A stretch of DNA of 64,000 nucleotides from Candidatus Asbonarchaeum danakilense (GTDB lineage Archaea; Nanohalarchaeota; Nanosalinia; Nanosalinales; Nanoanaerosalinaceae), in assembly GCA_034190465.1 (NCBI GenBank), contig JAXINV010000004.1:6802-70801 (forward strand). The letters are read 5' to 3'. Of the stretch, positions 59,395-64,000 are shown one piece after another. Position 1 is the first letter of the stretch. Every line of letters begins with the position of its first letter. The notes below the pieces were generated by a model. That model saw only the letters and a program-made list of their open reading frames with translations, did not search any database and was not told the DNA's origin. Made by a program: the position numbers and the translations under genes.

Positions 59395-60324
59395 ATGGAC
59401 CTGTTCGGCCGCAAGGAACTCAAACAGCGTATCGAGGAACTCGAAGAGGAGCTCGAGGAACGGGAAGCATCGTTCCAGGAAGAACGACAGCGGCTGCAGG
59501 AACGGCTCGAAAGCAAGTCCGAACAGGCCAGGGAGGCGGCAGCAGCGAAACAGGAGGCAGAGCAAAAGGTCAACCGGCTGCAGGACAGGGTAAGAAGCCT
59601 CAAAGACCGGCTTGAATCATCGACCGCTGACAGCGAAAAGCACCAGGACGAAAAAACACTCACACTTGCACAGGCACGCGAACTCACCGCCAACCTGGAG
59701 CGGCTGACATACAACTCCTCAAAAGCATTCACCGGGTACGCACGGCCGGAGGAAAGCCCGACATCATCGTCGAACGGAGACATAACCGTCATCGACCCAT
59801 ACCTCATCTCCCACGCCCTCCTCCCCCCTGTGCCGATCAAGGAGACGGCAGCGTACCAGGCCGACGGCTTCGCACTGGAACGACTGCAGGAGATCATGTC
59901 AGCTCGTTACGGCCTCATACACCTCTCCGCCGGTGGCTCGGGCGTCGCCATCGTCGAGGACGGCGAGGTCGAGGACAGCATCATCGTCGACGCCGACGTC
60001 AAGGCACAGCACAAGAAAGGCGGGTACAGCCAGTCACGGTTCGAGCGTCGGCGCGACGAACAGATCCAGGAACACCTCGACACGCTCATGGACGCGGCCG
60101 GCGAGCTGCTGGACAGCGGGTTCGCACAGCTGTTCGCCGCCGGGAACGCCACGATGATCGAGACGATGAGCGAAGAACACGACACCGACTTCGAACGACT
60201 CAGGTCAGGCGTGGGGAAGGTAACCGACACCGACGACCTGCAGCAGTCCTTCAACGAGGGCTTCCGCTTCCAGCTGGTCCGGCTCCACGAAGACGAGGAA
60301 GAGGCCGCGGAGGACCTGCTCTAG
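59395..60324 (+). CDS. eRF1-domain/Vms1-like (peptidyl-tRNA hydrolase-type) protein with an N-terminal coiled coil
   Basis: The ATG at 59395 gives MDLFGRKELKQRIEELEEELEE... The core GSGVAIVEDGE...VKAQHKKGGYSQSRFERRRDEQIQEH resembles the catalytic-loop region of the aRF1/Vms1 family. Confidence 0.55.
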   Translation: MDLFGRKELKQRIEELEEELEEREASFQEERQRLQERLESKSEQAREAAAAKQEAEQKVNRLQDRVRSLKDRLESSTADSEKHQDEKTLTLAQARELTANLERLTYNSSKAFTGYARPEESPTSSSNGDITVIDPYLISHALLPPVPIKETAAYQADGFALERLQEIMSARYGLIHLSAGGSGVAIVEDGEVEDSIIVDADVKAQHKKGGYSQSRFERRRDEQIQEHLDTLMDAAGELLDSGFAQLFAAGNATMIETMSEEHDTDFERLRSGVGKVTDTDDLQQSFNEGFRFQLVRLHEDEEEAAEDLL

Positions 60325-60854
60325 ACGTTCTCACCGTTGCTCCCAGGGCGGTACCGGGACGGGAGCTGCTTCTGGAAGAACGAACGCGGAGGTTTCGCCT
60401 CCTCCGGTCCGTACCATACCATGACGTTGTCCCCCTGCTGGATGACGTACCACAGCGGGCGTGCCACGATCCTTCCGTCGACGTAGACCCGGAGATCATG
60501 GGTCCTGTTGCTGCAGAACGTCTCCCTGAGCTCGATACACGACCGGTTCGCCTCGATACCCAGCGTCCTGAGCGTGTAACCGACGGATATACCTTTCGCA
60601 TGGACGTGAAGGATCTCGCCGTTCCTGTTCTCGAAATGCACGCGGTCGGCGCGGAGCTGGAACGCAGGACGGGAGAAATCGACAGACCGGTTGTTGATCT
60701 TCACGTCGAAATAGGCGTGGCGGTGGGCCGAGCCGTACGCCCCCGGCTCCGGGGCCTCCGTGACCGGGTGGAGCACACTCGCAAGCACCGCGATGTACAC
60801 CAGGACCGCAGCGATCAGCAGACGTGTCGTCTCCACCGTCGGCACCATACCCAT
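60321..60854 (-). CDS. Signal-anchored His-rich extracytoplasmic-domain protein (paralog C)
   Basis: TM helix LLIAAVLVYIAVLASVL followed by HRHAYFDVKINNRSVDFS...VHFENRNGEILHVHA...VIQQGDNVMVWY. This is collinear with paralog A. Confidence 0.65.
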   Translation of the reverse strand: MGMVPTVETTRLLIAAVLVYIAVLASVLHPVTEAPEPGAYGSAHRHAYFDVKINNRSVDFSRPAFQLRADRVHFENRNGEILHVHAKGISVGYTLRTLGIEANRSCIELRETFCSNRTHDLRVYVDGRIVARPLWYVIQQGDNVMVWYGPEEAKPPRSFFQKQLPSRYRPGSNGENV

Positions 60855-60885
60855 CTATAAAAGATTTGCTTTAAAAACCACCGGC

Positions 60886-61569
60886 ATGCCGGAGTACACG
60901 TGCCCCCACTGCAACAAGGACTTCGAGTCGCGGGACGCACGGAAGCAGCACATCAAGGACGCCCACGACAGTCATACGGCCTCACAGTCCTACAAACGAG
61001 TATTAAGCGCATTCACCGACAAGAAAAAACTTGCAACGCTCGTCTTCGGCATCACGATGATCGGCCTGCCACTGGGTGGCGCTATCTTCTACTCCACACT
61101 CGGCCCCTCGAGCACAACATCAACGACATCAGGGAACGGTCCAACCGGGTACACGCAGAGCCCGCCGGTAGGTTACGGCATCAGAAGTGTCCCGCAGCCC
61201 GAACAGATACCGCAGCGGAACATCCTGAACGCCCAGTTGACAAAGGATCAACAGGTCTACCTGTTGATGAAGGGCGGCCCCGTCGAGTTCAGAGGCGGCC
61301 TCAGACCCGCCGTACTCATCCAGTACTCCTGCACCCAGTGCCGGGGACTGATCGGTGACCTGGTCAATTTCACCCGCGACTTCAACCAGAACCAGGGGTG
61401 GATCTATCTGGCACCGAACACACGGATGAACGAGACGATCGCAGTGACCGCGTTCCAGAACAGCATCTCGCTCGAATCGTTCAACGCCACCAGGATACGG
61501 CAGTTCACCTGCACACGGACCGCCAACCAGCCGCTCTCCTGCCTCGGCGAGGACCCGTTCTCCGGCTAA
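60886..61569 (+). CDS. Membrane-tethered protein: cytoplasmic C2H2 zinc finger, TM helix and extracytoplasmic domain with CxxC
   Basis: The ATG at 60886 gives MPEYTCPHCNKDFESRDARKQHIKDAH (C-x2-C-x12-H-x4-H). This is followed by the TM helix LATLVFGITMIGLPLGGAIFY and then ...VLIQYSCTQCRGLIGDL... Confidence 0.6.
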   Translation: MPEYTCPHCNKDFESRDARKQHIKDAHDSHTASQSYKRVLSAFTDKKKLATLVFGITMIGLPLGGAIFYSTLGPSSTTSTTSGNGPTGYTQSPPVGYGIRSVPQPEQIPQRNILNAQLTKDQQVYLLMKGGPVEFRGGLRPAVLIQYSCTQCRGLIGDLVNFTRDFNQNQGWIYLAPNTRMNETIAVTAFQNSISLESFNATRIRQFTCTRTANQPLSCLGEDPFSG

Positions 61570-62474
61570 TTGATCAACAGATCCAGCACAGCCTTCTGCA
61601 CGTGCAGCCGGTTCTCCGCCTGGTCGAAGACGATGGAATGCCCCCCGTCCAGCACCGCGCTCGTGACCTCCTCCCCACGGTGCGCGGGCAGGCAGTGCAT
61701 CACCCGGACATTACCCGCCGCATGCTCCAGCAGCTCCTCGTTCACTTGGAACGGCTGCAGCGCCTCCCGACGTTCCTCTCTATTTTCGTCACCCATGGAG
61801 GTCCAGACATCAGTGTAGACCGCGTCAGCGCCATCGACCGCCTCCACAGGGTCGTCGACAACCCTGATACGTGCATCCTTCCGGTCGGCATCCGCACGCG
61901 CCCTGCCGACAATCTTCTCGTCCGGCTTGTATCCCTCCGGCGATCCGACAGTCATATCGACTCCCAGCTTGCCACAGACCTGTAGCAGCGACTGGCAGAC
62001 ATTGTTGCCGTCGCCTACATACGTCATCTCCAGCTCATCGAACGACAGGCCTTCCTTCTTCAGCGTATAGAGATCGCCAAGCGCCTGGCAGGGATGCAGC
62101 AGGTCGGTCAGGCCGTTGATGACCGGGATGTCCGCATGGTCGCGGAACTCCTTCATCTTCCTGTGTTCGTACAGCCGGGCCATGACCGCGTCGCAGTACC
62201 GCGACAGGACCTTCGCCGTGTCGCCGAGCGTCTCACCGCGGCTCATCTGGGAGCTCTCCATCTCGAAGTTGATCGCGTGGCCGCCGAGCTGGGTCATACC
62301 GGCCTCGAACGAGACACGGGTCCGGGTCGACGGCTTCTCGAACAACATCAGCAGCGTCCGGTTCGCCAGCCGGTCGGCATACTGTTTCCGGTTGTACCGG
62401 AGCTCGTCCGTCCGTTCAAACACGTCTTTCACGTCGTCCGTCGTCAGATCAGCTATATCGATCAGGTTATCCAT
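61566..62474 (-). CDS. argF: Ornithine carbamoyltransferase
   Basis: Carries STRTRVSFE, HPCQALGD (an HPxQ-type motif) and HCLPAHRGEE (an HCLP motif). It is adjacent to carbamate kinase, so a catabolic (arcB-type) role is possible. Confidence 0.85.
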   Translation of the reverse strand: MDNLIDIADLTTDDVKDVFERTDELRYNRKQYADRLANRTLLMLFEKPSTRTRVSFEAGMTQLGGHAINFEMESSQMSRGETLGDTAKVLSRYCDAVMARLYEHRKMKEFRDHADIPVINGLTDLLHPCQALGDLYTLKKEGLSFDELEMTYVGDGNNVCQSLLQVCGKLGVDMTVGSPEGYKPDEKIVGRARADADRKDARIRVVDDPVEAVDGADAVYTDVWTSMGDENREERREALQPFQVNEELLEHAAGNVRVMHCLPAHRGEEVTSAVLDGGHSIVFDQAENRLHVQKAVLDLLIN

Positions 62475-62477
62475 CGT

Positions 62478-63365
62478 TCATCGCCTCAAAGTCGTTCCTT
62501 CGCCGTCAAGAGCCGCATCAAGGTTCGCAAGTGACGTGATGACCGCCTTTCCCCCCGTCCTATCCGCGAACCGGGCCGCGGCACGGACCTTGGGCGCCAT
62601 GCTGCCCTCGCCGAACTCGCCGTCGTCCGCAATCTCACGCGCCTCCGCCGGTGTCAGCTCCTCCAGCGGTTCCTCGTCGTCCGTGCCGTAGTCACGGTAG
62701 GCGTAGTCGACGTCGGTCACGATCAGCAGCATGTCAGCGTCCAGCTCCTCCGCCAGGAGGGCAGCAGCACCGTCCTTGTCGATGACCGCCTCGACGCCTT
62801 TTCCTTCATCCGTCACCGGGATGCCGCCACCTCCAGACGCGATGACCGCTGCCTGCGCCTCGATCAGCCGTCGGATGGCATCAGCCTCAACGACCCCCTG
62901 TGGTTCGGGTGACGGCACCACACGCCGGTACCGCTTCTCACCGGTCCCAACCTCCTTAATCGTGCCACGTTTCCCTTCCACCTCGTCAGCGGTGTAGAAC
63001 GGGCCGACAGGTTTCGAAGGGTCGTCGAACGCCGGATCATCAGGATCGACCACGACCTGTGTCACGACGGTTGCCGGGTCGGTGTCGAGCCGTTCCCCAA
63101 GCTCCCGCTGCAGCATGTAGCCGATCTGGCCCTGGGTCTCCGCGACCACGACATCCAACGGCATCTCCGGCGGCGTCTCCTCCTGCTGGAGCAGGATGTT
63201 GCCTGCCTGCGGGCCGTTGCCGTGCGTCAGCACCAGTTCGTTGTCGTCCGCCAGGGATGCAAGCTGGTCCGTGGTCCGTTCCACGTTCCGCAGCTGGCTC
63301 TCATATTCAGGTTCTGCCTCAGGGTCAAGCAGCGCGTTCCCACCGAGTGCGACGACAATCCGCAT
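62478..63365 (-). CDS. arcC: Carbamate kinase
   Basis: The ATG at 63365 gives MRIVVALGGNALL. THGNGPQAG and the C-terminal GSMAPKV are typical. The longer track ORF adds a non-homologous R-rich extension. Confidence 0.85.
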   Translation of the reverse strand: MRIVVALGGNALLDPEAEPEYESQLRNVERTTDQLASLADDNELVLTHGNGPQAGNILLQQEETPPEMPLDVVVAETQGQIGYMLQRELGERLDTDPATVVTQVVVDPDDPAFDDPSKPVGPFYTADEVEGKRGTIKEVGTGEKRYRRVVPSPEPQGVVEADAIRRLIEAQAAVIASGGGGIPVTDEGKGVEAVIDKDGAAALLAEELDADMLLIVTDVDYAYRDYGTDDEEPLEELTPAEAREIADDGEFGEGSMAPKVRAAARFADRTGGKAVITSLANLDAALDGEGTTLRR

Positions 63366-63370
63366 CCGGC

Positions 63371-63742
63371 TCACCTGCTCTTGTCCCTCGCCTTGTCGAT
63401 GATAGTTTCGCAGGTGTCGCGGTGATCCTTGACGATATCGTCGTCCCATTCCTCGATGCTGATACGTTCGCCGAGACGTTCGACCGCCTCCGTGAGAGCC
63501 TGATGGTCGACCGTGTTCGTTTCACCGGCTGCATCGCTGAGAAGATCCGTGAACTCGTCCCGGAGCAGGTTCTCGACCGTTTTTCGACCGTAATCGCCGA
63601 ACGTTCCCGCCACAGCCCGTGGATTGCGTTCCACCTGCCGCTGTTCAGCCCGCAGGAACGAGGCAAGCAGTCCACGCTCGGCCTCGATGAAACTGATGGA
63701 CTCCTTCCCCTTTATCGTGTCCAGCACCCTATCCGGATCCAT
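63371..63742 (-). CDS. Acidic hypothetical protein (123 aa)
   Basis: ORF with a TATA-like TTTAAT box about 25 nt upstream. No motif recognised. Confidence 0.5.
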   Translation of the reverse strand: MDPDRVLDTIKGKESISFIEAERGLLASFLRAEQRQVERNPRAVAGTFGDYGRKTVENLLRDEFTDLLSDAAGETNTVDHQALTEAVERLGERISIEEWDDDIVKDHRDTCETIIDKARDKSR

Positions 63743-63785
63743 AGATAGTCCTTGGACGTCACGACATTAAATTCTAACGGGCAGG

Positions 63786-63829
63786 AAAAAAGAAAAAAGA
63801 AAACACTGAAGTGCGGCGTTCAGCCGCAC
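63786..63829 (-). terminator. Hairpin overlapping the stop codon plus an oligo-T tract (archaeal-type terminator)
   Basis: GTGCGGC-gttca-GCCGCAC (63811-63829) is followed on the minus strand by GTGTTTTCTTTTTTCTTTTTTCC. Confidence 0.5.
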
Positions 63830-64000
63830 TCGGAGTAGCCGCACTGGCCGCACTTGACACAGCCCTCGGAGTAGCTCAGCATCCCGCCACACTCCGGGCA
63901 TTCAGGGTTCTTCCCGGAGTCGACGAGCTTCTCGGCATCGGTCGTGTCCTCGTCAGCCGCCTCCACGTCGGAAAAGTTCGAGACGCTGGACTGGACCTGG
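63820..64000 (-). CDS. nrdJ: C-terminal fragment of a class II (B12-dependent) ribonucleotide reductase; the rest lies outside the window
   Basis: Manual translation ends ...DSGKNPECPECGGMLSYSEGCVKCGQCGYSECG*. This is the C-terminal zinc-ribbon/Cys tail characteristic of archaeal NrdJ-type RNRs. Confidence 0.6.
   Translation of the reverse strand, partial: QVQSSVSNFSDVEAADEDTTDAEKLVDSGKNPECPECGGMLSYSEGCVKCGQCGYSECG

Noticed and set aside
59139-59897. 252-aa Ser-rich minus-strand ORF
   Set aside because: It is antisense to the eRF1/Vms1-like gene and consists of low-complexity S/R/A/C sequence.
1-64000. Mobile elements, CRISPR-Cas, toxin-antitoxin or known defence systems, and rRNA genes
   Set aside because: Reading all listed ORFs, I found no transposase, integrase, Cas, restriction-modification or TA-like motifs, and no repeat-spacer arrays or rRNA-like regions. 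Absence is based on manual inspection only.

Overview
This is a GC-rich, densely coding archaeal chromosome segment. The predicted proteome is strongly acidic (D/E-rich), which suggests a salt-in halophile. The archaeal assignment rests on several markers: Alba, Orc1/Cdc6, Pelota, EndoQ, AMP phosphorylase, ADP-forming acetyl-CoA synthetase, DUF63, TATA-type promoters about 25-45 nt upstream of start codons, and a class II tRNA-Ser. The mix of AMP phosphorylase, many small genes and large Cys-rich surface proteins fits a small-genome halophile such as a Nanohaloarchaeota/DPANN-like organism. That placement is inference only. Housekeeping content includes deoA (partial), gpmI, albA, lrp/asnC, trm5-like, endoQ-like, pelota, orc1/cdc6, DJ-1/PfpI, an ABC-2 exporter, an AI-2E transporter, an M24 peptidase, thrC, acdB/acdA, an HxlR regulator, OTCase plus carbamate kinase, and the 3' end of a class II RNR. 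The main finding is an approximately 18-kb same-strand locus (2492-20355, minus strand). It encodes a T4P/T2SS-type ATPase and a PilC/FlaJ-type platform protein, followed by 15 ORFs whose N-termini all fit the class III (prepilin) signal pattern. These range from 47-65 aa Flp-like micro-pilins to 435, 437, 870 and 1116 aa proteins with lectin-like or Cys-rich ectodomains. Two of the 15 are micro-ORFs absent from the supplied ORF track. A second notable region (55107-61569) is an extracytoplasmic thiol-disulfide module. It contains DsbA-like and CcdA/DsbD-like proteins, a CxxC membrane protein, three paralogs of a His-rich ectodomain (one interrupted by an in-frame TAG), two membrane-tethered C2H2 zinc-finger proteins, and a stand-alone ATP-cone. 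Other observations are a frameshifted MscS gene, a tRNA-Ser with a nearby partial 3'-end repeat, paired zinc-ribbon microprotein/wHTH regulator units, and a recurrent promoter motif. I saw no CRISPR array, rRNA, transposase or integrase. All calls come from manual reading of the ORF translations and the DNA. No searches were run, so family assignments are motif-based and need HMM or structure confirmation.
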